From the NCBI GenBank assembly GCA_044236545.1, contig JBIIGI010000004.1, forward strand, positions 6,094-70,093: a stretch of DNA of 64,000 nt. The letters are read 5' to 3'. Of this stretch, positions 17,005 to 28,162 are shown piece after piece. How positions within the stretch are numbered: position 1 is the stretch's first letter; every line of letters starts with the position of its first letter. The notes under the pieces were generated by a model. That model ran no database searches and was not told the DNA's origin. It saw only the letters and a program-made list of their open reading frames with translations. A program made the position numbers and the translations under genes. The stretch comes from Chthoniobacterales bacterium (GTDB lineage: Bacteria; Verrucomicrobiota; Verrucomicrobiia; Chthoniobacterales; UBA6821).

Positions 17005-18870
17005 ATGAGGGTTTCCCTCCCCCACCCCGGGATGAAGACGCCCCCTCTCATCGCCGATCTCTCCGGGGATGCGACGCCCACGACCTTGAAAACACGTTCC
17101 CAGGTCGCGGTTGCCGACACGTGGGATCTCGCGCCGCTTTTTCCGGATGACGCCGCTTGGGAGGCAGAGTTCACCTCACTCTCCATCCGCTACGGCGAAG
17201 TCGCCGCTTACCGGGGAACCCTTGGACGGAGCGCCGCCGATCTCCTGGCCCTCCTTGAGTTCGAGAAATCGCTCGACCGCTCCAGCGAACGCCTGGCCCA
17301 GTATGCCGGACTGCGTCTTTCCGAAGATAGTTCGCGATCAGACTCACTTGACCGCGACGGACGACTCTCCTCGCTCTGCGCCAAAATCGGGGAGGCCTGC
17401 TCATGGGTCGCGCCGGAGATCCAGGGCATCCCGGACGAAACCTTCGACTCCTTTCTGATTGATCCCCTGCTGTCGGAATGGGTGATCCCGCTGGCCCGCC
17501 TGCGTCGGCTCAAGCCGCATATCCTCGGCAACAAGGAGGAACGCCTGCTCTCCCTAGCCATGCCGGCCATCTCTGGTCATCATGAGACCTTTTCCCAACT
17601 CACCAATGTCGACATGAGCTTCGGCATGGTCAGGGATGAACTCGGACGCGAGATCGAGCTGACCCAGAGCAGTTTTTCCTCCCTGCTCCAACGCCCCGAC
17701 CGCGCCGTGCGCAAGGCGGCCTTCGACGGATTCTACGCCGAGTTTTCGGCCCACCGCTACACCCTGGCCAGTTCTCTGGCCAGTTCCGTGAAGGCCGACG
17801 TCTTCCTGGCACGTGCCCGGAATTACCCCTCGGCGCTGGAGGCATCCCTCTTTGCCGACAATGTTCCGGTCGGCGTCTACGATAACCTGATCACCGCGGT
17901 CCGCGCCCGCCTCCCCTCACTCCACCGCTACTACGCCCTCCGTCAGCGTGTCTTCAATCTGACAGACCTTCATATCTACGATACCTATGCTCCGTTGGTG
18001 GGGGCGGTTCAAAGCGACGTCCCCTTTGACGAGGCCGTGGAAAAAGTCCTCGCCTCCCTGCGACCCCTCGGCGAGGAGTACACGGAGACCCTTGCCAAAG
18101 GTCTCCGATCGGAGCGCTGGTGCGACCGCTACGAGAACAAGGGAAAGCGCAGCGGCGCATTCTCCTATGGAACCTACGAGGGTCCTCCGTACATCCTGAT
18201 GAACTACAAGGCGGATGTCTTCTCGGACATCTACACCCTTGCGCACGAGGCCGGTCACTCGATGCACACCTGGTATTCGCGCCGGACGCAGAACTTCCAG
18301 AACTACCACTACCCTATCTTCCTGGCCGAGGTGGCCTCCACATTCAACGAGATCCTGCTCACCGAGCATCTCCTGGCCGGGACCACGGACCGCGCGATGC
18401 GGGCCTACCTGATCAACCGGCAGATCGACGACCTCCGCGGCACCCTCTTCCGGCAGACCATGTTCGCCGAGTTTGAGAAGGGAATCCACGCCGACGAGGA
18501 ATCGGGGGCGGCCCTCACGCTCGAAAGCTTCCGCAGGAACTACCGGGGACTGCTCGACACCTACTTCGGACCCGGTGTGGTCATCGATGCGGAACTGGAA
18601 CTGGAATGCCTGCGCATCCCTCATTTCTACAGCGCCTTCTATGTCTACAAGTACGCCACCGGGATCTCGGCGGCCATCACGCTGGCCGATCAGGTGCTTG
18701 CAAGCGGGGAAACCGGACGCTACTTCGGCTTCCTGAAGAGCGGCGGAAGCAGGTTCCCGATCGATACCCTGGCCGAGGCCGGCGTCGACATGTGCTCACC
18801 GGAACCCGTCGAAGCGGCCCTCGCTCTCTTTTCGCGCAGGGTCGCGGAACTGGAGGAACTTCTTTCCTGA
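17005..18870 (+). CDS. pepF: oligoendopeptidase F (M3B metallopeptidase)
   Basis: Zn motif HEAGHSMH and typical PepF length. ATG at 17005 (or 17032) preferred over the ORF start at 16852, which overlaps gpmA. Confidence 0.85.
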   Translation: MRVSLPHPGMKTPPLIADLSGDATPTTLKTRSQVAVADTWDLAPLFPDDAAWEAEFTSLSIRYGEVAAYRGTLGRSAADLLALLEFEKSLDRSSERLAQYAGLRLSEDSSRSDSLDRDGRLSSLCAKIGEACSWVAPEIQGIPDETFDSFLIDPLLSEWVIPLARLRRLKPHILGNKEERLLSLAMPAISGHHETFSQLTNVDMSFGMVRDELGREIELTQSSFSSLLQRPDRAVRKAAFDGFYAEFSAHRYTLASSLASSVKADVFLARARNYPSALEASLFADNVPVGVYDNLITAVRARLPSLHRYYALRQRVFNLTDLHIYDTYAPLVGAVQSDVPFDEAVEKVLASLRPLGEEYTETLAKGLRSERWCDRYENKGKRSGAFSYGTYEGPPYILMNYKADVFSDIYTLAHEAGHSMHTWYSRRTQNFQNYHYPIFLAEVASTFNEILLTEHLLAGTTDRAMRAYLINRQIDDLRGTLFRQTMFAEFEKGIHADEESGAALTLESFRRNYRGLLDTYFGPGVVIDAELELECLRIPHFYSAFYVYKYATGISAAITLADQVLASGETGRYFGFLKSGGSRFPIDTLAEAGVDMCSPEPVEAALALFSRRVAELEELLS

Positions 18871-20108
18871 TGAACCGGGGATTCATCGACAAGCTTGTCG
18901 AGCGGATCCGATTCGTCGAACCGGGTGACGTCGGCCAGTACCTGCAGGCCCTCTCCCATGAGAAAGGCTTTCTCGAGACCATCTTCAACGTTCTGCTGGA
19001 GGGGGTCGTCGTCACTGATCCGCAGGACAGGATCATCTACCTGAACAAGTCGGCGTGCACCTTCTTCGGAATGGACGCGACCGAACACCTCGGATGCCGA
19101 CTCGGCGAGGCGATTCCCGGCCTTGATCTGCGATCCGTGGCGAACTCCGGAGACGTCATGAGCCGCGATCTGGAGGTCTTTTACCCGCGGAGACGCTTCC
19201 TGAATTTCTATGTCACGCCGCTGATGAGCGACGAGGCCGAGGACGCGCACAGGGAGCTTGTCGGGCGGGCGATCATCCTCCGTGACATCACCGAGGCGAG
19301 GAAGGAAACCCAGGAGACCATCGAGAGTGAGCGGTTGTCGGCTGTCACCCTCCTGGCGGCGGGGGTGGCCCACGAGATCGGCAACCCCCTCAACTCCCTC
19401 GACATCCAGCTCCAGCTTCTCGAGCGACGGCTGAAAAAAGAGTCCGCGGCGGACGACCAGAAGGACCTCGCCGGATCCGTCTCCATTGCACGGAACGAGG
19501 TTCGACGACTAGACCAGATCATCACCCAGTTCCTCAAGGCGGTGCGCCCGGCTCCTCTTGATTGCACACTTTCCGATCTGAACAGCCTGATCGACGAGAC
19601 CGTCGGATTCCTGCGCGGCGAGATCGAGGACCGCGACATCACCCTCGAGGTCTTTCCGGGGAACCACCTCCCCCTCGTCTCCCTCGACCGTGACCAGATG
19701 CGCCAGGCGCTTTACAACATCATCCGCAACAGCTTTCAGGCCATGGGTACCGGAGGGCTCCTCCGCGTCGCCACGGGTTGCGACGAGAGCCATGTCTGGG
19801 TCAGCATCGGCGACACCGGCGGCGGGATCGAACCCGGTTCCTTTGAAAGGATTTTCCAACCCTACTACACCACCAAAGAGGATGGAAACGGGCTTGGGCT
19901 CCATGTCGTCCAGCGCATCGTCAGGGCTCACGGCGGAGAGATCGTCCTCAACAGTGCCTCGGGCAAAGGCCTGCTCTTCACCATCCGCCTCCCGCGTCAG
20001 GATCGGCGTGTCCGCTTCCTACCCCCTATTTCGAAGGACGAAGCGGAAGACGCCGAAAAGATAAATATGAAACTCAGCCATAACGCATGCGAGGCAACGG
20101 ACACCTGA
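18870..20108 (+). CDS. cytoplasmic PAS-domain sensor histidine kinase (NtrB/AtoS-like)
   Basis: H-box GVAHEIGNPLNS, G1 DTGGGI, G2 GNGLGL. No TM segment. ATG overlaps the pepF stop (ATGA). The last ~15 codons run into repeat 20064-20118. Confidence 0.85.
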   Translation: MNRGFIDKLVERIRFVEPGDVGQYLQALSHEKGFLETIFNVLLEGVVVTDPQDRIIYLNKSACTFFGMDATEHLGCRLGEAIPGLDLRSVANSGDVMSRDLEVFYPRRRFLNFYVTPLMSDEAEDAHRELVGRAIILRDITEARKETQETIESERLSAVTLLAAGVAHEIGNPLNSLDIQLQLLERRLKKESAADDQKDLAGSVSIARNEVRRLDQIITQFLKAVRPAPLDCTLSDLNSLIDETVGFLRGEIEDRDITLEVFPGNHLPLVSLDRDQMRQALYNIIRNSFQAMGTGGLLRVATGCDESHVWVSIGDTGGGIEPGSFERIFQPYYTTKEDGNGLGLHVVQRIVRAHGGEIVLNSASGKGLLFTIRLPRQDRRVRFLPPISKDEAEDAEKINMKLSHNACEATDT

Positions 20109-20118
20109 ATTCCATATT
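20064..20118. repeat. family-2 mini hairpin (aatatgaaactcag ... ctgaattccatatt)
   Basis: 14-nt inverted termini. The core (ccataacgcatgcgaggcaacgg) resembles the core of 55314-55538. Confidence 0.7.
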
Positions 20119-20140
20119 AAAACCACCAAAAATCCATTGT

Positions 20141-20623
20141 ATGAGCACACTCCAAGTCGGCAACAAAGCCCCCTCCTTCACCACCACGGCCGTGGGAGGC
20201 ATCTACGGCGAGGGAACTCCACTGAAACTTACCGACCTGCAAGGCAGTCCCGTTGTCCTCTACTTCTATCCCAAGGATGACACGCCCGGTTGCACCGCGC
20301 AGGCCTGCGGCATCCGTGATGCGTGGAAGGAGTTCACGGCCACAGGCGCTCATCTCTTCGGCGTGAGCATCGATCCGGAGAACTCCCACGGAAAGTTCAT
20401 CGCCAAGTTCGAGTTGCCCTTCCCACTTCTTGCCGACACGGAGAAATCGATCGTCGAGAGCTACGGGGTCTGGGTCGAAAAATCCATGTATGGGAAAAAA
20501 TACATGGGAACCGAGCGGACCACCTTCGTGATCCGGGCAAGCGGAGTGATTGCCGCCATCTTCCCCAAGGTAAAACCCGCAGAGCATGCGGGATTGGTGC
20601 TTGAAGCTCTGCGGAAGCTTTAG
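20141..20623 (+). CDS. bcp: thioredoxin-dependent peroxiredoxin Bcp
   Basis: FYPKDDTPGCTAQAC peroxidatic-Cys motif. 160 aa counted from ATG 20141. Confidence 0.9.
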   Translation: MSTLQVGNKAPSFTTTAVGGIYGEGTPLKLTDLQGSPVVLYFYPKDDTPGCTAQACGIRDAWKEFTATGAHLFGVSIDPENSHGKFIAKFELPFPLLADTEKSIVESYGVWVEKSMYGKKYMGTERTTFVIRASGVIAAIFPKVKPAEHAGLVLEALRKL

Positions 20624-20634
20624 GAAACAGTTCC

Positions 20635-21585
20635 CTAACGTTCCCTGAAGCCGGACCCATCCGAGAGTTTCAGGAAATCGGCGTAGGCATGCCGGATCCC
20701 GCTCTCCAGGTCGTAATTGGGCCGCCACCCCGTCGCAAGGATTCTGGAGTTGTCCATGAGTTTGCGGAGGGTGCCGTCCGGCTTGCTGGAATCCCAGAGA
20801 AGCTCTCCGCGGAAGCCCGTCACCCTGGCGATCACTTCGGCCGCATCGCGGATCGTCACGTCGCTGCCGTAGCCGACATTGATCCAGTCGGGGGGATTCT
20901 CCATTGCGAGCACGGCAAGAAGTCCCTCGGCGAGGTCGTCGGCATGGAGGAACTCGCGGCGCGCGATGCCCGTTCCCCAGAGCGTCACGGCGGTGGCCCC
21001 GCTCTGAACCGCCTCGTGGAAGCGGCGGATGAGCGCGGGCAGAACGTGGGAGTTCTCCGGATGGTAGTTGTCGCCGGGCCCGTAGAGATTGGTGGGCATG
21101 GCGGAGTGGAAGAGGACGCCGTACTGCTTGCGATAGTATTGGCAGAGCTTCAGGCCGGTGATCTTGGCGATCGCGTAGGCCTCATTGGTCGGCTCCAGCG
21201 GCAAGGTGAGGAGGCACTCCTCACGCATCGGCTGGGGCGCTTCGCGCGGGTAGATGCAGGAACTGCCGAGAAAGAGGAGTCGCTTCACGCCGCTGCGCCA
21301 CGCCTCGTGGATGGTGTTGTGGGCGATGGCGAGATTCTCGTGGAGGAACTCCGCCGGGTAGGTGTGGTTCGCATGGATGCCCCCGACACGGGCGGCCGCG
21401 ACGATGACGACATCGGGTTTTTCCCCGGCGTAGAAGTCGCGGACTGCGACAGCGTCCTTGAGATCGAGTTCGGATCTGGAGCGCAGGAGCAGGTTTCCGT
21501 GTCCGCGATCCCGGAGTGCTCGCACGATGGCTGAACCGACCATGCCGCCGTGTCCGGCGACGTGGATGCGCGTGGAGGAGTCCAT
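20635..21585 (-). CDS. fcl: GDP-L-fucose synthase
   Basis: 316 aa [15 protein letters not shown] Rossmann motif, LGSSCIYP and catalytic Y..xK context. Directly downstream of gmd. Confidence 0.9.
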   Translation of the reverse strand: MDSSTRIHVAGHGGMVGSAIVRALRDRGHGNLLLRSRSELDLKDAVAVRDFYAGEKPDVVIVAAARVGGIHANHTYPAEFLHENLAIAHNTIHEAWRSGVKRLLFLGSSCIYPREAPQPMREECLLTLPLEPTNEAYAIAKITGLKLCQYYRKQYGVLFHSAMPTNLYGPGDNYHPENSHVLPALIRRFHEAVQSGATAVTLWGTGIARREFLHADDLAEGLLAVLAMENPPDWINVGYGSDVTIRDAAEVIARVTGFRGELLWDSSKPDGTLRKLMDNSRILATGWRPNYDLESGIRHAYADFLKLSDGSGFRER

Positions 21586-21621
21586 GGAACTGAAAGGGTG
21601 AGTGGTCCCGGTGTTCTGGGA

Positions 21622-22665
21622 TTACGGAGGCGTGATGTCCGCGCTGTCGGCGGCGCCGGTGTTCTGGTAGGCCAATTCGCGGCGGGCCAGATCCAAGTCG
21701 GCCTCGGTCATGATGCGGACCAGTTCCTTGAACTTCACCTTGGGCTCCCAGCCGGTCCGGCGCTTGAGCTTCGCCGGGTCGCCGATGAGGAGATCGACCT
21801 CGGCCGGACGCTCGTATCGGGCGTCATGACGGACGTACTTCTCCCAGTCCAGATCGAGCAGGCCGAAGCATTCCTGGCAGAATTCGCGGATTGTGTGGGT
21901 CTCGTTGGTGGCGCAGACGTAGTCGTCCCCCGTCTCCTGCTGGAGCATCAGCCACATCACCTCGACATATTCCTTGGCGTAACCCCAGTCTCGCTTGGCA
22001 TCCAGATTGCCGAGGTAGAGCTCGTTCTGGAGCCCCATCTTGATGCGGGTCGCCGCGCGGGTGATCTTGCGGGTGACGAAGGTCTCGCCGCGGCGCGGGC
22101 TCTCGTGGTTGAAGAGTATGCCGTTGGTGGCATGGAGTCCGTAGGCCTCGCGGTAGTTCACCGTGAGCCAGTAGGCGAAGACTTTGGCGCAGCCATATGG
22201 GGAGCGCGGGTGGAACGGGGTGGTCTCAACCTGGGGAACCTCGTGCACCTTGCCGAACATTTCAGAGGATGACGCCTGGTAAAATCGGACATCCTGACTC
22301 AACCCCGACTCGCGGATCGCCTCGAGGAGGCGCACGGTGCTCAGTCCGGTGACGTCGCCGGTGTATTCCGGAATGTCAAAGGAAACGCGCACATGGCTCT
22401 GCGCGCCGAGGTTGTAGATCTCGTCGGGACGGAGCGAGTAGAGGAGCTTGGTGAGCTGGGAGGAATCGGCCAGGTCGCCGTAGTGAAGAAAGAGTCTCGT
22501 GCCCAGAACATGGGGATCGTTGTAAAGATGGTCGATGCGGCTGGTGTTGAACGTCGAGGATCGGCGGATGATGCCGTGGACCTCATAGCCTTTGCCAAGG
22601 AGAAGTTCGGCCAGATAGGAGCCATCCTGACCAGTGATCCCGGTGATGAGTGCTTTCTTCATCAT
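21622..22665 (-). CDS. gmd: GDP-mannose 4,6-dehydratase
   Basis: [21 protein letters not shown]...[19 protein letters not shown], a near-canonical Gmd N-terminus. 347 aa. Confidence 0.95.
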   Translation of the reverse strand: MMKKALITGITGQDGSYLAELLLGKGYEVHGIIRRSSTFNTSRIDHLYNDPHVLGTRLFLHYGDLADSSQLTKLLYSLRPDEIYNLGAQSHVRVSFDIPEYTGDVTGLSTVRLLEAIRESGLSQDVRFYQASSSEMFGKVHEVPQVETTPFHPRSPYGCAKVFAYWLTVNYREAYGLHATNGILFNHESPRRGETFVTRKITRAATRIKMGLQNELYLGNLDAKRDWGYAKEYVEVMWLMLQQETGDDYVCATNETHTIREFCQECFGLLDLDWEKYVRHDARYERPAEVDLLIGDPAKLKRRTGWEPKVKFKELVRIMTEADLDLARRELAYQNTGAADSADITPP

Positions 22666-22726
22666 TCCAATCTATCAGAACAAGAATCCTTGTCTTTGCG
22701 TATATGCGCAATATTTTATTGTTAAA

Positions 22727-23893
22727 ATGCGCATGCAGGCGAAAATAAAAAGGAAAAAGGGAAAGTTTTCCGAGGAAAAGTCACGACCGGAAAAAAAACT
22801 CGTCGTGCTGGCCCTCCCCCTGATGACGGAGGCGGAAATCCCTTTGATTCAAGGGGTCCGCGACGAACTTCAACGGGAAGGAACTATGGAGATTCTGGTG
22901 CAAAGCGGGGGATACGAATCAACCCTGCGCAAACTTGCCGAACAAGGGCACCTGGCGGGAACCATCGGAGAGTTCATGGGCGAACGCTGGATGGAACACC
23001 TCCTGACCCACGGGGTTTCCATCGTGCAACTTGGCTCCACCACGGGCCCCAGGATTCCATCAGTCATGACCGACATCAGCGTAATGGCTGAGGAGGCCTC
23101 GCGCGCCCTGCTTGGAGCGGGTATCACATCAGCCGCTTATCTGGGAGCTCCTGGACCGCACGGCTCCCTGAGCCTTGCGAAGGCATTTGCCTCGGCATGC
23201 CGCAAAAAGGGGATTGAAGCGACCGACTGCACGGCACTTTCAGGAACACCCCTTCGCCATTTTCTCATTTCCCTGCCACGCCCAACGGGACTCCTCTGCA
23301 TGAACGACCGGATTGCCAGAAATGCCATTGCCATGGCACGCGAAACAGGGATCAGGATCCCGCAGGATCTTGCCGTGATCGGCGTGGGAAATTCCAGAAT
23401 CGAGTCGTTCCACGCTGGCATCGGAATCTCCAGCTTTGAACAACCCCTGCGGGAAATCGGCCGCCAAGCCGCAAAAATGCTCCTGCGCTCGATCAGTGGC
23501 AGCACGCCCGATGCACCGGCCGCAATCCGGATCCCCGCGATTCTCCACGAACGGGAGAGCAGTCTTTGCACTACTTCGGGAGTGACCCGCGCCCTCGCAC
23601 ACTTGAGAAGCCATCCCGAGACCACGGTGAGCGCCGGGGAACTCGCGCGCCTGGCGGGCATGTCACGGCGCTCCTTTGAATACGCCGTGCGCCGGGAACG
23701 GGGTTGCACCCCCGGAGAACTCTTGGCAACAACGCGCCGCAACCTTGCGGAGAAATTGCTCAGGGAGAGCGATCTGAAAATCAGCCAGGTGGGGCGGTCG
23801 TGCGGTTATTCCGATGCGGCGGTATTTTCCGCCGCCTTCCGACGATGGAGCGGAAAAAGCCCCAGGGATTACAGGTCAGGATTCCTAAGATGA
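22727..23893 (+). CDS. XylR-like regulator (LacI-type sugar-binding domain fused to AraC HTH)
   Basis: The middle resembles periplasmic-binding-fold regulators (MNDRIARNAIAMARETGIRIPQDLAVIGVGNS). C-terminal AraC double HTH (ISQVGRSCGYSDAAVFSAAFRRWSGKSPRDYR). ATG at 22727 preferred. Confidence 0.75.
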   Translation: MRMQAKIKRKKGKFSEEKSRPEKKLVVLALPLMTEAEIPLIQGVRDELQREGTMEILVQSGGYESTLRKLAEQGHLAGTIGEFMGERWMEHLLTHGVSIVQLGSTTGPRIPSVMTDISVMAEEASRALLGAGITSAAYLGAPGPHGSLSLAKAFASACRKKGIEATDCTALSGTPLRHFLISLPRPTGLLCMNDRIARNAIAMARETGIRIPQDLAVIGVGNSRIESFHAGIGISSFEQPLREIGRQAAKMLLRSISGSTPDAPAAIRIPAILHERESSLCTTSGVTRALAHLRSHPETTVSAGELARLAGMSRRSFEYAVRRERGCTPGELLATTRRNLAEKLLRESDLKISQVGRSCGYSDAAVFSAAFRRWSGKSPRDYRSGFLR

Positions 23894-23961
23894 CCCTTTT
23901 AGATGAACCCCGCCGAGCAGCAAAATCACTCCACGGATGTCGGGACGGGGGAAATGAATGA

Positions 23962-25377
23962 TCAAGGGTGGGTCATGTCCGCGGCAACCACCCACAGATC
24001 AAATTGCTCGGGCGTCAAATACCCCAATGCCACGGCCGCCTCTTTCAATCCGGTCTTCTCCTTGTGAGCCTTTTTGGCGATCTGAGCCGCCTTATCGTAG
24101 CCGATGTGAGGATTGAGCGCCGTGACCAGCATGAGTGAATTCCGGACATATCCCGCGATCACTTCACGATTTGCCTCGATCCCGAGGATACAATGCACCG
24201 TGAAGGAACGGCAGGCGTCGGAGAGGAGTCGAACAGAGTGGAGGAAGTTGTGAATGATGACCGGTTTAAAGACGTTCAGTTCAAAGTTCCCTTGGGAGGC
24301 AGCCATGCCGATCGCCGCGTCATTCCCAATAACCTGAACCGCGACCATGGTGACGGCCTCGCATTGCGTGGGGTTCACTTTTCCCGGCATGATGGATGAA
24401 CCAGGTTCATTCTCCGGGAGCGAGAGTTCTCCCAAACCGCATCGTGGTCCGGATGCGAGCCAGCGGAGATCGTTGGCAATCTTCATGAGTGAGGTCGCGA
24501 GGGACTTGAGAGCCCCACTGGCAAAAACAAACTCTCCGTGGGAGGAGAGAGCGGCAAACTTGTTGGAAGCGGAGAAAAACGGTATTCCGGTCATCTTTGC
24601 AAGATGATCCGCAGCGGCATCCCCAAACTTCGGATGGGAATTCAATCCGGTACCGACTGCGGTTCCACCGATAGCCAAAGACTCCAAACCAGGCAGGCTT
24701 TCTGTAATTCGGACACAATCAGCATCCAGCATCGCCACGTATCCGGAGAACTCCTGCCCGAGAGTGATGGGGGTGGCATCCTGGAGATGCGTGCGCCCGA
24801 TCTTGATGACGTCGGCGAACTCAATGGCCTTTGCATGGAGAGCATCCTTGAGTTCCTTGACTGCTGGAATCAGTTTCTCACAAACCACCGTAACGGCGGC
24901 AATATTCATCGCCGTGGGAAAGGTGTCGTTGGAGGACTGCGACATGTTGACATGATCATTGGGGTGGATCGGCGTCTTTGAACCCAAGACCCCCCCCGCC
25001 ATCTCGATCGCCCGGTTGGAGATCACCTCATTGGCGTTCATGTTGCTCTGGGTGCCGCTTCCAGTCTGCCAGATCCTCAGAGGAAAGTGGTCATCCAACT
25101 TGCCTGCAATCACCTCGTCGGCGGCCCTGACGATCAACTCTGATTTTTCGGACGACAGCTTTCCCAGGTCCCTGTTGGCCAGAGCGCAGGCCTTTTTGAG
25201 TTGTCCCAGCGCCCTGATCAGTTCGGGTGGCTTGGTGTCGCTCCCAATGTCGAAATGGATCAGCGAGCGTGCCGTCTGCGCCCCGTAGTAGCGGTCATGT
25301 GGCACGGGAATGGCTCCCATGCTGTCTGTCTCGGAGCGGTGGGTTGCGGGATCTGCGGCGGGAATCTCGTGGGACAT
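23962..25377 (-). CDS. fumC: class II fumarate hydratase
   Basis: [16 protein letters not shown] signature. 471 aa. Confidence 0.95.
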   Translation of the reverse strand: MSHEIPAADPATHRSETDSMGAIPVPHDRYYGAQTARSLIHFDIGSDTKPPELIRALGQLKKACALANRDLGKLSSEKSELIVRAADEVIAGKLDDHFPLRIWQTGSGTQSNMNANEVISNRAIEMAGGVLGSKTPIHPNDHVNMSQSSNDTFPTAMNIAAVTVVCEKLIPAVKELKDALHAKAIEFADVIKIGRTHLQDATPITLGQEFSGYVAMLDADCVRITESLPGLESLAIGGTAVGTGLNSHPKFGDAAADHLAKMTGIPFFSASNKFAALSSHGEFVFASGALKSLATSLMKIANDLRWLASGPRCGLGELSLPENEPGSSIMPGKVNPTQCEAVTMVAVQVIGNDAAIGMAASQGNFELNVFKPVIIHNFLHSVRLLSDACRSFTVHCILGIEANREVIAGYVRNSLMLVTALNPHIGYDKAAQIAKKAHKEKTGLKEAAVALGYLTPEQFDLWVVAADMTHP

Positions 25378-25548
25378 GGGAAGGGAGAGGCGGAGGTGTT
25401 TAGCGGTTTAGACTGTTGGACTGTTAGGTGGGAGGAGGATGGGAACTAGGTTCTGGGAGCTAGGTAATAGGGATTCAGCGAAGAGGCAGGGGAGAATGCA
25501 TACCCCCTCACCTCTTCTAAAATTCTAAAAGCCTTCAGCCTCTCAACC
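25378..25548. repeat. word-repeat-rich spacer between fumC and mdh
   Basis: Contains gtttag x2, gactgttg/gactgtta (25411-25426), ctagg words and ttctaaaattctaaaa. Shares GCTGTTGGACTG with 63364-63380. Confidence 0.5.
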
Positions 25549-26535
25549 TTAATTGGGCAGAAGCTCGGAGACCATCGCCTTCTCCTCGAGGAGTTCGTTG
25601 ACGGTCTGCTGGAACTTGGCTTTGCCAAACTCGCCGAGTTCGACACCCTGGACGATGGTGGAGGTGGTTCCGTTGGAACGTATCGGGAACGAGCAGATAA
25701 GTCCCTTCTCAACGCCGTAGGAGCCATCGGAGGCCACGGCCACACTGTGCCAGTCGTCTGCGGGTGTGGTCTTGCCGAGCGATATCACGGTCTCGAGCGC
25801 CGCATGGGCGGCGGAGGCGGCGGAGGAAAGACCGCGGGCGGCAATGATGGCCGCGCCGCGCTGCTGGACATTCTTAATGAAGTCACCTTCCAGCCATGCG
25901 CGGTCGGGGATGGATTTGGCAACGGGCTCACCGTTGATCCGTGCGTTTTCGAAGTCAGGGTAGAGGGTGCTGGAGTGGTTGCCCCAGATCGCCATCCTGG
26001 TGACATCCCGGTTATGGCAACCAGCCATCTCGGCGAGGGCGCTCTTGGCGCGGTTCTCATCAAGACGGGTCATGGCATGCCATCGTTCGGATGGCACTCC
26101 GGGTGCGTTCTTCATGGCAATCAGGCAGTTGGTGTTGCAGGGATTGCCGACAACGAGGACGCGGATGTCATCCGCCGCGTTTCGCTCGATGGCCTGCCCC
26201 TGCCCGATGAAAATCTTACCGTTGATGCCAAGGAGATCCTTGCGCTCCATGCCGGCCTTGCGCGGCACGCTTCCCACGAGCAGCGCCCAGTTGGCACCGT
26301 CGAATCCATGATCAAGATCCGAGGTCGCCTCGATCGAATCGAGCAGGGGGAAGGCGCAATCGTTTAACTCCATGACCACGCCCTGCAGCGCCTTCATCCC
26401 CGGTTCGATCTCGATGAGTCGAAGCGCGACAGGTTGATCATGCCCGAAAACCTGTCCGGACGCGATACGGGGAAGAAGAGAGTAGCCGATTTGACCGGCG
26501 GCACCAGTGACTGAGACAACGAGAGGAGTTTTCAT
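25549..26535 (-). CDS. mdh: malate dehydrogenase (NAD-dependent, LDH-like type 2)
   Basis: [15 protein letters not shown] Rossmann motif, ...TRLDENRA and [10 protein letters not shown] motifs. 328 aa. Confidence 0.9.
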   Translation of the reverse strand: MKTPLVVSVTGAAGQIGYSLLPRIASGQVFGHDQPVALRLIEIEPGMKALQGVVMELNDCAFPLLDSIEATSDLDHGFDGANWALLVGSVPRKAGMERKDLLGINGKIFIGQGQAIERNAADDIRVLVVGNPCNTNCLIAMKNAPGVPSERWHAMTRLDENRAKSALAEMAGCHNRDVTRMAIWGNHSSTLYPDFENARINGEPVAKSIPDRAWLEGDFIKNVQQRGAAIIAARGLSSAASAAHAALETVISLGKTTPADDWHSVAVASDGSYGVEKGLICSFPIRSNGTTSTIVQGVELGEFGKAKFQQTVNELLEEKAMVSELLPN

Positions 26536-26575
26536 GAAGCTTGTATCCTAGGGGAAAACGGATGGGGCTAAAAGT

Positions 26576-26614
26576 GAGAAAACCCGTTTTGCCAATGGCA
26601 AAACGGGTTTTCTC
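26576..26614 (-). terminator. strong hairpin terminator downstream of hup
   Basis: Perfect inverted repeat gagaaaacccgttttgcca/tggcaaaacgggttttctc. On the minus strand it is followed by a partly T-rich tract. Confidence 0.7.
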
Positions 26615-26641
26615 GGTGGGAGGGGGAAACCCTTGGAAAAC

Positions 26642-26920
26642 TTAGAGGGATTCCTTGAAGGCCTTGCCCGGGGTCAGGCGAACGCTCTTGGAAGCCTTGA
26701 TCTTGATCTTCTCGCCGGTCTTCGGGTTGATGCCGGTGCGGGCCTTGCGGTTGACGACCTTGAAGGTTCCGAATCCGATCAATTGAAGGGACTTGCTCTT
26801 CTTGACGTGGGCCTTGATACCATCGATGACGGCGTTGACGACTTTTTCGGCGTGGGCCTTGCTGACGTCCTTGCCGAGGGACTTCTGGACGGTTTCAACT
26901 AGATGAATCTTGCTGCTCAT
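26642..26920 (-). CDS. hup: HU family DNA-binding protein
   Basis: 92 aa. GFGTFKVVNRKARTGINPKTGEKIKI arm motif. Confidence 0.95.
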   Translation of the reverse strand: MSSKIHLVETVQKSLGKDVSKAHAEKVVNAVIDGIKAHVKKSKSLQLIGFGTFKVVNRKARTGINPKTGEKIKIKASKSVRLTPGKAFKESL

Positions 26921-27029
26921 GGATTGTTGGGTTGGGTTGGGTTATGTGTTGGTGACTTGCGTCAGACACGATCCAAAAAAAAGCCCATCGCTCTGTCAAC
27001 TCCCATTCTGCATAATTAAAAAAAACCTC

Positions 27030-27623
27030 ATGAACACTCACCCAGCGGCAGACCCCTCCCATCCGGATCATCTTGACTATTTCAGAAAGATCGTTGCCGA
27101 ACACCTCGGCAGTCCCCCCTCCGTTTCACCAAGGGCCTACGTGGCTCCGGGAGCCTTCCTCTCGGGACGGATCAGCGTCGGGGCGCAGGCCAGCATCTGG
27201 CCTGCGGCCTCGCTGCGCGCGGATATAGCCCCGATCACAATCGGGGAGGAAAGCAACGTCCAGGACAACGCCGTGATCCATGTCGCCACCGGACTCGGGG
27301 TGACAGTGGGCCGACGGGTGACCATCGGTCATGGGGCCATCGTTCATGGGTGCACGATCGGCGATGAATCGCTCATTGGCATGGGAGCCGTCATTCTGGA
27401 CGGCGCGGTGATCGGGGAACGCTGCCTTGTCGGGGCGCACGCCACCATACTCATGGGCACGGTGATACCGGCCGGTTCGATGGTGGTCGGATCCCCAGCG
27501 CGGATCGTCCGCACACTGAGCCCCGAGGAACAAAAGGGCCTCGGCTCGTGGGCCGACCACTACCTGGTGCTATCGGAGTCGTACCGGAGCAGGGGAATCA
27601 TCCATCCTGATTACGCGCAATAA
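27030..27623 (+). CDS. gamma-carbonic-anhydrase-like hexapeptide-repeat protein
   Basis: Left-handed beta-helix repeats (SIWPAASLRADIAPITIGEESNVQDNAVIH...GHGAIVHGCTIGD). ATG at 27030. Confidence 0.85.
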   Translation: MNTHPAADPSHPDHLDYFRKIVAEHLGSPPSVSPRAYVAPGAFLSGRISVGAQASIWPAASLRADIAPITIGEESNVQDNAVIHVATGLGVTVGRRVTIGHGAIVHGCTIGDESLIGMGAVILDGAVIGERCLVGAHATILMGTVIPAGSMVVGSPARIVRTLSPEEQKGLGSWADHYLVLSESYRSRGIIHPDYAQ

Positions 27624-27671
27624 GCGGAATCTCGGGATGCTCAATGCGGTGATCCGCGCCATACTTTCAAC

Positions 27672-28157
27672 ATGAACCCGAAAGAGGTGCTACCGGTGGA
27701 GATCAAGGCCGTCCTGCCAACCAGCAGCGGCACGGCGCTGTTTCTCGGCGACCATGAGAAGGTCTTCGTCATCTACATGGACCCGCTTGTGGGAAATGCG
27801 ATCAGCCTGCTGATCCACGGCGCCCCCAAGGAACGCCCCCTCACCCACGACCTGATGGGATCGTTGCTAACAGCGCTCGGGGCCAAGGTGGAGCGCGTGA
27901 TCATCAACGACCTAAAGGGGTCGACCTACTACGGGCGCCTGATCGTGAGCGTTGAGAACGAACTCCAGCAGCGAAAGGTGATCGAACTGGACGCCCGGCC
28001 GAGCGACTGCCTCGCCATGGCGGCTCAGCAGAAGGCGCCGGTCTACATCACCCGCCAGGTCTGGGACGAGGTTGAGGACATGTCGGAGGTCTTAAGGAAG
28101 ATGACAGAGCCCCCACCCGAAGGGGAGGGGGAAGGGGAAGGGGAAAAAGGTCAGTGA
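27672..28157 (+). CDS. bifunctional nuclease family protein (DUF151)
   Basis: PLTHDLM...YYGRLIV...LDARPSDCLAMAA motifs. Has an (EG)n acidic tail. Confidence 0.8.
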   Translation: MNPKEVLPVEIKAVLPTSSGTALFLGDHEKVFVIYMDPLVGNAISLLIHGAPKERPLTHDLMGSLLTALGAKVERVIINDLKGSTYYGRLIVSVENELQQRKVIELDARPSDCLAMAAQQKAPVYITRQVWDEVEDMSEVLRKMTEPPPEGEGEGEGEKGQ

Positions 28158-28162
28158 ATACG

